A DNA stretch of 50,869 nt from a virus, in the IMG/VR virus record IMGVR_UViG_3300016484_001084, positions 1-50,869 of that record; one strand, given 5' to 3'. A program made the position numbers and the translations under genes. This document shows positions 35,783 to 43,372 of this stretch, in pieces. How positions within the stretch are numbered: the first letter of the stretch is position 1; every line of letters begins with the position of its first letter. The notes beneath the pieces were generated by a model. The model did no database searches, was not told the origin of the DNA, and saw only the letters and a program-made list of their open reading frames with translations.

Positions 35783-36031
35783 CTAGTACACATGATCTGG
35801 AAGCGGTATCTCTGGATACTCTTTCAATTTCGCTTTCCAATACTGTTTCAACCGATACTTCCTGTGCCGCTTGTCGCAGTCCTCACAATGTTGGGTATGA
35901 TTCCGAAAATGCTGTCCGCACTTGACACACAACCCGATCGCGTAGAGGCAGAGCTGTTTCCACCGCTGACGAGACAACCGGGTGATGTCGACGACGCAGT
36001 GTACGGATCCTTCTATGCGGGTCACTGACAT
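35783..36031 (-). CDS. small zinc-ribbon protein
   Basis: CVKCG...CEDC. ATG 36031 with GGAGG upstream, TGATG overlap. Confidence 0.5.
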   Translation of the reverse strand: MSVTRIEGSVHCVVDITRLSRQRWKQLCLYAIGLCVKCGQHFRNHTQHCEDCDKRHRKYRLKQYWKAKLKEYPEIPLPDHVY

Positions 36032-36423
36032 CACGGAATCACCTCCCGATTTTTCGCCTTCACCATTTTACGCAGCTCAGCGTTGTAGGCCTTGAGATCT
36101 GCGTTCTGGTGTTGTGCGAGATCCAACGCCTGCTGCAATTGCCGAATTTGCTCCACCTGCTGCCGTCGAAGGTCCGCAAACGGATCGACCGGTTCTGCCA
36201 CCGCCATCAAGTGTTTGGTATAGTAATCAACCCCGTACACCACACCCGTCCAGACAGCAGCCAAAAAGACGACTGCGGCGACCCGCCACCCGATTTTGCT
36301 CCACCGCTCACTCGCTGTTTCCTCCAACAACGGCGCTCGGGTCGCCCTCGCATAGTCCACTTGATAGTACGGAATCCTCGGTTCCGGTTTCGAATAGTCC
36401 ACTTTGCTGTGCCACATCGTCAT
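36031..36423 (-). CDS. single-TM coiled-coil membrane protein
   Basis: ATG 36423 with AAGGAG 8 nt upstream. TM segment WRVAAVVFLAAVWTGVVYG. Confidence 0.5.
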   Translation of the reverse strand: MTMWHSKVDYSKPEPRIPYYQVDYARATRAPLLEETASERWSKIGWRVAAVVFLAAVWTGVVYGVDYYTKHLMAVAEPVDPFADLRRQQVEQIRQLQQALDLAQHQNADLKAYNAELRKMVKAKNREVIP

Positions 36424-37876
36424 GCTCACGTCTCCTTCCATAGTTAGGGTGTACTAACATCAATCGGTCTTTGGATCTGGTCATCGCCACGTACCGCAGA
36501 TTGTCTTCTTCACCGCCAGGTCTCGACCAGGTGTGTTGGAGGACCCAGACTTCCGGCGATTCGAGGCCTTTTGCCTTGTGCACGGTACTACACACCACCG
36601 CGCGGGCTTGGGCCTCGTCGGCAAAGAGCTTATCCACACGATCGCGCACGACATCAGTTGATGGGGCATCTTCAGCCAGGGCAGCTAAGGTAGCGGCCTG
36701 GTCGTAGATCCTTGCCAATCGCTCGTGTTTGGCTGAGAGCGGAAACTTGGCCGCTCGTCGTTCCTCCTCGGTCATCCAGTTGTCGATGCGAGCGAGGAAG
36801 GTATCCACGTCACGGTGGTAGTGTTTCTTGATGAGTTTCTGGAGCCCTTTGCCAATATCTTTACCCTTCACAATCGCCGGCTGGCCTTGACGCAGCAAGT
36901 CGAGACAGACGCCGACCAACGGCGCATTGGTCCGCGACAGCACAAACGCACCGGGTTGAGGCTGCCCCATCATCGGGACACGCTCAACCGTGCCTGGCTT
37001 CGCGTCAGGATGGGCGTAGAGGTCCGGTACCAGCTGGTTGACCTCCGCGACCACTGATCGAGGGCACCGAAAGGTGACTTTCAAGCCCAATTCTTTCGCC
37101 TGGAGTTGATCAATAATCCGATCTAACGCTCCTGAATCGGCCCCACGAAACCCGTAAATCGCCTGCTTATCATCACCCACAAACACCATGCGCCCGCCGT
37201 GCCGCAACACCCGCTCGGCCAGATCAAGCTGTGGTTTCGACATATCCTGCGCTTCGTCGACCATCACCAGGCTATAGCGTGGGGCGGCCCAGTTGTTGAC
37301 CAGTGGTAAGAAGATCATGTCAGCAAAATCGACAACACTCGTTTCCTCTTTCGCCGCCTGGACAATCTCCAACACCCCCTTTGCCAGCCGATCAATTGTC
37401 CACCCTCGGTCTTCCCATTCAGGATCAGGTAACAGATCGAACTGGACCGCGATCTCACACACACGCGAGGGCGTTTCGCAGTAGGGGTCCAACTCGCGAA
37501 CTTTGGTGTGGAGCTGCCGCGCGGTGCTGATCAGCCCGTCTGGAATCGTCTTCCCAAACACCCGATTGACCAGTTTTGTCGCTCGTTCGTTATCCTCACC
37601 AACACGTGCGTCTGGCCAGGCTTTGCGAATCAAGCCAAACCCCAGTGCATGGAGGGTTTTGACCTGTACGGCGGCATTGTCAACTCGTCGGCTCAGCTCG
37701 TCGGCGATTGACTTGTTGAACGCGGCGAGCAGGATGTCAGACTCCTGTGCATAGTTCAGGGCTTCCAAAATGGTGGTCGTTTTGCCGGTGCCGGCTCTCG
37801 CTCGCACCACCACATGCTGCTGCCCACGGTCAATCTCGTCAAAAATCGCTTGTTGTTCCTCAGTCCAGATTGGCAT
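36308..37876 (-). CDS. UvrD/PcrA-like superfamily 1 DNA helicase
   Basis: Walker A RARAGTGKTTT, motif II VMVDEAQD, C-terminal YVAMTRSKDRL. Confidence 0.8.
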   Translation of the reverse strand: MPIWTEEQQAIFDEIDRGQQHVVVRARAGTGKTTTILEALNYAQESDILLAAFNKSIADELSRRVDNAAVQVKTLHALGFGLIRKAWPDARVGEDNERATKLVNRVFGKTIPDGLISTARQLHTKVRELDPYCETPSRVCEIAVQFDLLPDPEWEDRGWTIDRLAKGVLEIVQAAKEETSVVDFADMIFLPLVNNWAAPRYSLVMVDEAQDMSKPQLDLAERVLRHGGRMVFVGDDKQAIYGFRGADSGALDRIIDQLQAKELGLKVTFRCPRSVVAEVNQLVPDLYAHPDAKPGTVERVPMMGQPQPGAFVLSRTNAPLVGVCLDLLRQGQPAIVKGKDIGKGLQKLIKKHYHRDVDTFLARIDNWMTEEERRAAKFPLSAKHERLARIYDQAATLAALAEDAPSTDVVRDRVDKLFADEAQARAVVCSTVHKAKGLESPEVWVLQHTWSRPGGEEDNLRYVAMTRSKDRLMLVHPNYGRRREHDDVAQQSGLFETGTEDSVLSSGLCEGDPSAVVGGNSE

Positions 37877-37906
37877 GGTCTCGCTCCTTCTTCGTCATGC
37901 GCTCGG

Positions 37907-38158
37907 CTAGAGTAATTCCGTTTCACGTAATCCATTCGGCTCGTCACGCACCACAAATGTACGTTTTTCATACTGCGCCCCTTCATTCACCAGCGGACAC
38001 AATGAGCCTTCCACCACGATTTCACACACACGAGCCCCAAACGTCAGAGGATGTTTCGGCAACACCTCGACAATCTTCAACTGCGCCGCATTCAGCGCCA
38101 AGACGTTTTCCAAGACATCAAATGACACGGTAATAACAGCTCGTCTGACTGGTTCCAT
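37907..38158 (-). CDS. hypothetical protein
   Basis: ATG 38158. 83 aa. Confidence 0.45.
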   Translation of the reverse strand: MEPVRRAVITVSFDVLENVLALNAAQLKIVEVLPKHPLTFGARVCEIVVEGSLCPLVNEGAQYEKRTFVVRDEPNGLRETELL

Positions 38159-38174
38159 GGTTAGGATTCCTTCC

Positions 38175-38363
38175 TTATCGCGAAAACGCGTTCGACCGCA
38201 TTTTGGCGGCTTTGATTTTTTGAGCAAACTGCGCTGCGTTAGCGAGTTTTCGTATACAGGCATTTCGAAGCGAAATCTCGATATTCCCCCACCAGCGCCG
38301 TTCACAGATCGGACACTGCCACCCGCTATGACTCGCTTCATGATATTTCTGACACGGCTGCAT
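38175..38363 (-). CDS. small Cys-containing zinc-binding-like protein
   Basis: MQPCQKYHEASHSGWQCPIC. Overlaps the polymerase 3' end. Confidence 0.4.
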   Translation of the reverse strand: MQPCQKYHEASHSGWQCPICERRWWGNIEISLRNACIRKLANAAQFAQKIKAAKMRSNAFSR

Positions 38364-41300
38364 CAAACACCTCCCGACTCGGCAACACCTTAAATTCCCG
38401 ATCCGCTTTCCATCGCTTGCCAATCGCGACTTCACAGGGAATGGTCAGCTCGGCCTTCCCATACAGCCTGGGCCGCTCCAGATGTTCCACGAGGAACTTG
38501 GCTACGTCATAGGCGCGTTCAGGGATCACCGAGATAAACACCCCATCGTGCACATGCACATTCAACCGTCCCCAGTCTGGGTGCTCCTCAAACAAGGCCA
38601 TGAGCGGTTTGAATCCCCACTGGTTCATCCAACGGGCCACCTCGGGTTGCATGCGGGTTGAGCAGGCTTCCCGAAAGGTGGCGTCATCCATCCGCTCGTG
38701 GCTGAAATCGTAGCGACCGCCCCAGGTGTCGTAGAGGACCTTGTTGCGTTGGACATCTCGCTTGACCCAGGCAAAGAACTCGTCGAGGGGCACCACGGAC
38801 CGATACGCGGCAATCGCCTTGTCACATTCAGCCGGGTCCAGCACAATGCCTCGTTTGGCAGCGTTGTCAGACATCGTTTGGCCTTGCATCATCCGTTGGG
38901 CACCGTGCACCACCGTTTTGGCAAAGTAGCGTTCGGCTTTGGTGATCTCCTGCTTCTTCAAGATCCGCCGCGCATTGTCGGTGTGCATGTCATAGACATC
39001 AGGCCGCGCGTTGGCTTCGACAATCAACTGTTCCTTCCCAGTCAAATGATACATCCACGCCAAGCACACCCGACCCTCGGCCTGACTGCCGTCCACCTGC
39101 AACCCGATACAGCCAGGATCGGCCATAAACATATCCCGGCTCTCGCGGTCCACGTTCTGGCCGTTGCTGCCGCTGCCGTCGTAGTAGGCCTTACTGTTCA
39201 ATCGGCCTTCCTTCGTGTTGAGGTTATAGCTGCTCCTGAACCGCCCATCCGCACTGATGCGCTTATCGTCATAGAACTCGCGCAACTTGGCCACCCGCTC
39301 TGACCGCAGTAGGAGCGGCGCGACAGCCTCAAAGTGCCGCCGTGCCGCCCGCACCTCGGGAGACACCAGCGGGGCCGCTTGATGATGCGACAGCAGCTTG
39401 CGAATCGCGAGGGCATCAGAACTGACTGTTTTCTCGTGAGTGCTCCGTTTTCGAAGTTGTTGGGGGAACTTCAGGGTGTCGTACAACCAGGCCTTAACCT
39501 TCTTGCCGCTCAGCTTCTTCTTGGCAAAGAGGTCTACCCCGTACGCTTGAATGTGTGCCTTGATCTGCTCCAACTCAGCTGCTAGCTCATGCTTCCGTCT
39601 GACCCGTTGGGCATCATCGATTGCGATCCCGGTGTGTGCCAACCGAAACAACGGCCCCAGCATCTCGGCGTACTGTTCCCAGTACCAGTCCAGGCCGTTG
39701 ATTTGCTGCCCGTCGCCGGTTTCGCGGGTCTGCGCCTCCAACCGGCTGTAGTACAGATCCAGCAACTCGCGCTGGACACAGCAATCCTTGCCGTTATAGG
39801 TCAAGAACGCCGCCATGTTGCTGGTGTACTTGCGCTGATCTTCGGGATCTTTGGCTTCATGCTTCCAAAACGGCTCGCGAGTATCCACCGACGCACAAAA
39901 GTCCAGCCGGTGCTCTGAGGTCGGATCCAGCGCGTGATGCATCAGCATGGTATCCCAGACCAGGTTGGGCAGGTCCAGCTTGCGTTCGACCTGAAACCAG
40001 TACCGTTCGTGAAAGACGTTGTGAGCTGAGCAGCACAACTTGGCCAGTTCGTCGACCAGCGACCAGACTATCCCCAGCTTGTCCTCATCCTTCCAGTAGC
40101 TCTTGGTCGTCGGGATGGTCAACGACACTGCGGGATCCTTACTAAACCCTACACAGACGATGGGTGCGACCAGCGGTGGGCCTTTTTTCTCAAGGGGGTT
40201 TTCGATATCCACCACCAGTCGCAGCTGCTCCCCTTCGCGTCGGCAGTCGGCCAGGTAGTCTTCAATATCGTGCACGGATGGGCTGATGTAGTGGGTCCGC
40301 ACCGGCAAATTCATCGCCTTGCTGTGCCGTTCCTCCGCAATGCGTGCCCAGTCGCGCCGACAAAGCGCCTCGTAGCTGGAGGTCCGGAAGGTGGCGGCTG
40401 GGTGAATGGTTGGAATCACCTTGATCAGCCGCCCGCGCCGATCTCGGTAGCTCAGAATGCTGCCTCGCCAATCGGTGATGCCCGGTCGTGAGGTTTTGCC
40501 GTCTGACTTGTGCCAGTGCACATTGCCCTTGCCGGTCAACGCATACAGGCTGTAGTTCCCCGTCGGTACAATCAGATAGGGATCCTCCAGATTGGCCAAC
40601 CGCTGGTGCAAATCCTCCATCCAGCTTTCCCAGGTTGGCTGATCCCAGGCGTCGGCCTTGTTGCCAGGCGGACGAAACTCGCAGTTGTGCACGGCAAAAC
40701 CTTCAACGATGTAGGTATGCGTATCCGTTTCGATGTCAACAACTTCGCGTTCGCCCAGCTCATTTTTTTCTTCTATCCGCACAGAAGGAAGACGTATCAC
40801 AGGCGGATCATTCAGCAGCGTTTCTAGTCTGTTCAAAAGCCGTTGCGGTCTGACTTCTCCTAAAAACCGTAGAGCTTGATTCACACCACCTTGCACACGT
40901 AGGCGCACAATGCGCTTTTTTTCGCTCTTTGTGACACCAACCGTATAACCCAGCTGTTCCATTGCTGCTTGCGTCTCGCGTAAAACCACTCCAGGATTCT
41001 GTGCCATCGCAACCATAAAATGTCGCTTCGCTCTGACCGCACTCTGAACAGAGATGAACCCCTCGCCATCAAAAATACCACGCAAATAGCCATGCTCTTC
41101 TCTTCTCTGTTCGTTCCACGGTTTCAGCGCCATGGTGAGATAGGAATGACCTGCTCTTGCTTGATCCGCTCGCATCCAATGTAGCGATGCGTTACGTCTT
41201 TGTGTTCCCGCTAAAAAACGGTGATCGCCCGTCATTGCAATGCTGCCTTCAATTGTCTGCAAGAGCAGGCACGGCTTTCGAGTTGTTTTTTTGTTTGTCA

Positions 41301-41631
41301 CTGTCGCTATTCGCCACTTTCTCAACGCCTGCCCTCGTGTTTTTCCGTACTCGTCGAAAGCCAGTACACGATCACCTATGTGTACATCGCAAATCGGACG
41401 CCATGTTAAATCAGCCATCAATACACGCTGCGATGCTTCAATGCACACATTCTCGATTCTGAAATCACGGCGGTTCAATCCCACCGCTTCCCACCATACC
41501 CGTAGCTTTTGGTGATAGCTCGGCCCGACAAACGGCTCGCCCACCGCTTCCTCGCGAGGGCCGGGAGCTTCCCCCACCAGGACCAGCTTGCTGTCAAGCC
41601 TCCCCCAACCTGGTACTCGTAGTTCGCTCAT
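38338..41631 (-). CDS. family-4 UDG-like domain fused to family A DNA polymerase, interrupted by an intein
   Basis: UDG motifs LVGEAPGPREEAVGEPFVG and PTIHPAATFR. Exo motif VVDIEN. Pol motifs VDGSQAEGR, RYFAKTVVHG, VHVHDG. ATG 41631 (TGATG overlap). Confidence 0.8.
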   Translation of the reverse strand: MSELRVPGWGRLDSKLVLVGEAPGPREEAVGEPFVGPSYHQKLRVWWEAVGLNRRDFRIENVCIEASQRVLMADLTWRPICDVHIGDRVLAFDEYGKTRGQALRKWRIATVTNKKTTRKPCLLLQTIEGSIAMTGDHRFLAGTQRRNASLHWMRADQARAGHSYLTMALKPWNEQRREEHGYLRGIFDGEGFISVQSAVRAKRHFMVAMAQNPGVVLRETQAAMEQLGYTVGVTKSEKKRIVRLRVQGGVNQALRFLGEVRPQRLLNRLETLLNDPPVIRLPSVRIEEKNELGEREVVDIETDTHTYIVEGFAVHNCEFRPPGNKADAWDQPTWESWMEDLHQRLANLEDPYLIVPTGNYSLYALTGKGNVHWHKSDGKTSRPGITDWRGSILSYRDRRGRLIKVIPTIHPAATFRTSSYEALCRRDWARIAEERHSKAMNLPVRTHYISPSVHDIEDYLADCRREGEQLRLVVDIENPLEKKGPPLVAPIVCVGFSKDPAVSLTIPTTKSYWKDEDKLGIVWSLVDELAKLCCSAHNVFHERYWFQVERKLDLPNLVWDTMLMHHALDPTSEHRLDFCASVDTREPFWKHEAKDPEDQRKYTSNMAAFLTYNGKDCCVQRELLDLYYSRLEAQTRETGDGQQINGLDWYWEQYAEMLGPLFRLAHTGIAIDDAQRVRRKHELAAELEQIKAHIQAYGVDLFAKKKLSGKKVKAWLYDTLKFPQQLRKRSTHEKTVSSDALAIRKLLSHHQAAPLVSPEVRAARRHFEAVAPLLLRSERVAKLREFYDDKRISADGRFRSSYNLNTKEGRLNSKAYYDGSGSNGQNVDRESRDMFMADPGCIGLQVDGSQAEGRVCLAWMYHLTGKEQLIVEANARPDVYDMHTDNARRILKKQEITKAERYFAKTVVHGAQRMMQGQTMSDNAAKRGIVLDPAECDKAIAAYRSVVPLDEFFAWVKRDVQRNKVLYDTWGGRYDFSHERMDDATFREACSTRMQPEVARWMNQWGFKPLMALFEEHPDWGRLNVHVHDGVFISVIPERAYDVAKFLVEHLERPRLYGKAELTIPCEVAIGKRWKADREFKVLPSREVFDAAVSEIS
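40684..41445 (-). mobile_element. intein (254 aa) within the UDG-like domain of the polymerase
   Basis: Starts CIEASQRVLMADL (block A), has TGDHRF (block B) and a LAGLIDADG-like YLRGIFDGEGF, ends IVEGFAVHN followed by +1 Cys. The flanks rejoin into the UDG motif ENV/CEFRPPGN. Confidence 0.8.
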
Positions 41632-41861
41632 CAGCTCAACACCTTCGTTCCGCGGTAGTGGTCCGGTCGTGCGTCCCACTTCGCTTCTTGATGATGGCGA
41701 CTCATATACTTCCGGCACTCCACACAGGTCTCGTGCGGCAATCGTCCGCACTCCATGCAGTGCTTTTGGGCACACCGCGCATGCATGGTTTCCGTCGAAA
41801 ACACACTCTCTGCTTGACACCATTCACAGTACAATCGGCTCTCTCGCTCGTTGAGTCGCAT
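41631..41861 (-). CDS. multi-CxxC zinc-finger protein
   Basis: CEWC...C....CMEC....CVEC. 76 aa, TGATG overlaps at both ends. Confidence 0.55.
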   Translation of the reverse strand: MRLNERESRLYCEWCQAESVFSTETMHARCAQKHCMECGRLPHETCVECRKYMSRHHQEAKWDARPDHYRGTKVLS

Positions 41862-42505
41862 CACCGCACCCCCAAGGTTTCGTCGTAGTAAAACTCAATT
41901 CCAGGAATCGGGCTGGGCTTGTCGCCGTAGCTTCGTCGGAGCTTGCCGATCGCCGCCTCGTTCAGCACCCAGCACTCGATAATTTCACCATCTACTTTGA
42001 TTTCGAGCGGGATCAGCTCTTCGTTCACCACCCGGTATTTTGGTACCTTGCGGACTGTACTCGTCCCACGATCGGTCGCCCATCCCTTCGCCTGTTCAAC
42101 CACAGGTTGAGGCGGCATGACCGGCATCGGCGGTGGCGGTGGTTGATTCGCTTTCCTTGCTGCCTCTTCCTTTGCGCGCTGCTGCCGCCTTAGTTCTTCT
42201 TGTGCTTGTTGTGCGGCTCGCTTTCCTTCTTCAAGCCGTTTTGCTTCGGCAGCTCGCCACGCCAAAATCGCGCTTTGTGTTTGTTGCTCGGCTTTTTTCA
42301 ACGGATCGATCACCAGCGCGAATTCGGCCTTCAATCGAGTCAGCCCCTCCTGAAACGGGCGCTTCATTTCATCAAACTTTTCCTCAGCAGCTTTACGAGC
42401 TTTGCGGAGGACAATCAGGTTGGCGGTTTCTTGGCCTTCGTCGTCCTCGGATTGCACGATCACCTGATTACGTGTGATCAATTGTGTCGTCGTCGGTTCT
42501 GTCAT
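41861..42505 (-). CDS. hypothetical protein with central charged coiled coil and poly-Pro linker
   Basis: 214 aa. Purine-rich RBS (GAAGGGGGGG). Confidence 0.55.
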   Translation of the reverse strand: MTEPTTTQLITRNQVIVQSEDDEGQETANLIVLRKARKAAEEKFDEMKRPFQEGLTRLKAEFALVIDPLKKAEQQTQSAILAWRAAEAKRLEEGKRAAQQAQEELRRQQRAKEEAARKANQPPPPPMPVMPPQPVVEQAKGWATDRGTSTVRKVPKYRVVNEELIPLEIKVDGEIIECWVLNEAAIGKLRRSYGDKPSPIPGIEFYYDETLGVR

Positions 42506-42532
42506 CGCCCCCCCCCCTTCCTGTTAAAAAGT

Positions 42533-42590
42533 GCCGTCTCGAGGATTCAAACCTCGTGCCCAGCGACCAGCTGGATCCGTGTCCGACGGC
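42533..42590 (-). ncRNA. tRNA-like element 2 (acceptor-like stem, anticodon-arm-like and T-arm-like hairpins, no D-arm)
   Basis: GCCGTC/GACGGC stem. TCCAG-CTGGTCG-CTGGG and CGAGG-TTTGAAT-CCTCG hairpins. Followed by AC + TTTTT. Confidence 0.35.
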
Positions 42591-42633
42591 GAGACACCCG
42601 GGAGTCGAACCCGGTTTCTTGGTTTACTGTCTC
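42591..42633 (-). ncRNA. tRNA-like element 1 (acceptor-like stem plus canonical T-arm minihelix)
   Basis: GAGACA/TGTCTC stem enclosing CCGGG-TTCGACT-CCCGG. Confidence 0.35.
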
Positions 42634-42634
42634 C

Positions 42635-43300
42635 TTACTTCCCCAACCGCCTCATGGCTGGTCGAGTCGGCGGTGCGGTTGTCGCGGCCTGCTGTGGAGC
42701 CGGTGCCGCCTGTGCCGCTGCTGGTCGTGGTCCTGCCGTTGGCGCGGTCGTCCGTGGAGCCGCCGTGCTCGCTGCCGCCGCAGCTTCCGGTGCCAACGCC
42801 GGTTCGACTTCACCCGGCGAGAACCAGCGTTCAGCCCGAGCGTTCATGAGCTGGCTACCGTCATCACGCAACATCGGCTTGCCGTCCTTGATCGCGCCCT
42901 GATGCACGATCTTGCCGATGATGTGCTTGCCCTTGATTTCGTTCAAGCACTGCTCGATGTCAGCACCCTCCAAGTTAATCCCGTACTTGCTCAGGTACCG
43001 CTTGAGCCCACCAGACCGGGCCTTCAACGTCTCAGGATTGTTGGCTTCGGGATCGGCTTGCAGCTTGCCGTCTCGCACCGCCTTCGCGTTCTCGTTCACT
43101 CCGATAAAGAACGCTTCCTTGTGCTCGACACCTGCCACACTGGCCGGTTCGATGGCGCGGTGGAGGATTTCGATCCCGTACACCTCTTCCCCTTGCTTGC
43201 CGACCCAGGCTTCGGCGGCATCCGCCACCTCAAACAAAAGGGTGCCTGCTGGACACATCTCGAACAAATCCTTGATCTCTGTTGGGAATATTTTTCCCAT
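42635..43300 (-). CDS. candidate ssDNA-binding protein (DUF669-like) with Ala/Pro-rich tail
   Basis: ATG 43300 with GGAG RBS. Sits next to the Sak4-like ATPase as in known Sak4-SSB pairs. No motif-level proof. Confidence 0.35.
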   Translation of the reverse strand: MGKIFPTEIKDLFEMCPAGTLLFEVADAAEAWVGKQGEEVYGIEILHRAIEPASVAGVEHKEAFFIGVNENAKAVRDGKLQADPEANNPETLKARSGGLKRYLSKYGINLEGADIEQCLNEIKGKHIIGKIVHQGAIKDGKPMLRDDGSQLMNARAERWFSPGEVEPALAPEAAAAASTAAPRTTAPTAGPRPAAAQAAPAPQQAATTAPPTRPAMRRLGK

Positions 43301-43323
43301 AACCACACTCCTTTTCGGCCAAT

Positions 43324-43364
43324 AAAAACCCCCGTCGCTCCAGGCCGAATAGATACGCTGGGGG
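43324..43364 (-). terminator. weak intrinsic-terminator-like hairpin (CCCCC...GGGGG + TTTTT)
   Basis: On the minus strand, a 5 G:C pair stem plus partial extension followed by a T5 run, between the ATPase and SSB-like genes. Confidence 0.3.
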
Positions 43365-43372
43365 TGCCGTCG

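Noticed and set aside
41632-41823. N-terminal extension of the polymerase ORF (start at 41823)
   Set aside because: The extension overlaps the multi-CxxC gene in another frame. ATG 41631 forms a TGATG junction with that gene and immediately precedes the UDG motif, so the shorter start is preferred.
42533-42633. Canonical tRNA gene(s) on the minus strand
   Set aside because: The T-arm-like hairpins are convincing. But both elements lack a D-arm, are only about 43 and 58 nt long, have an extra base between the T-stem and acceptor strand, and the second has a pyrimidine at position 37. I report them as tRNA-like elements, not tRNAs.
42533-42633. attP site carrying tRNA 3' fragments (temperate lifestyle)
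   Set aside because: No integrase, recombinase or excisionase ORF exists anywhere in the closed genome. Each element also has its own complementary 5' acceptor-like strand, which an attP core would not need.
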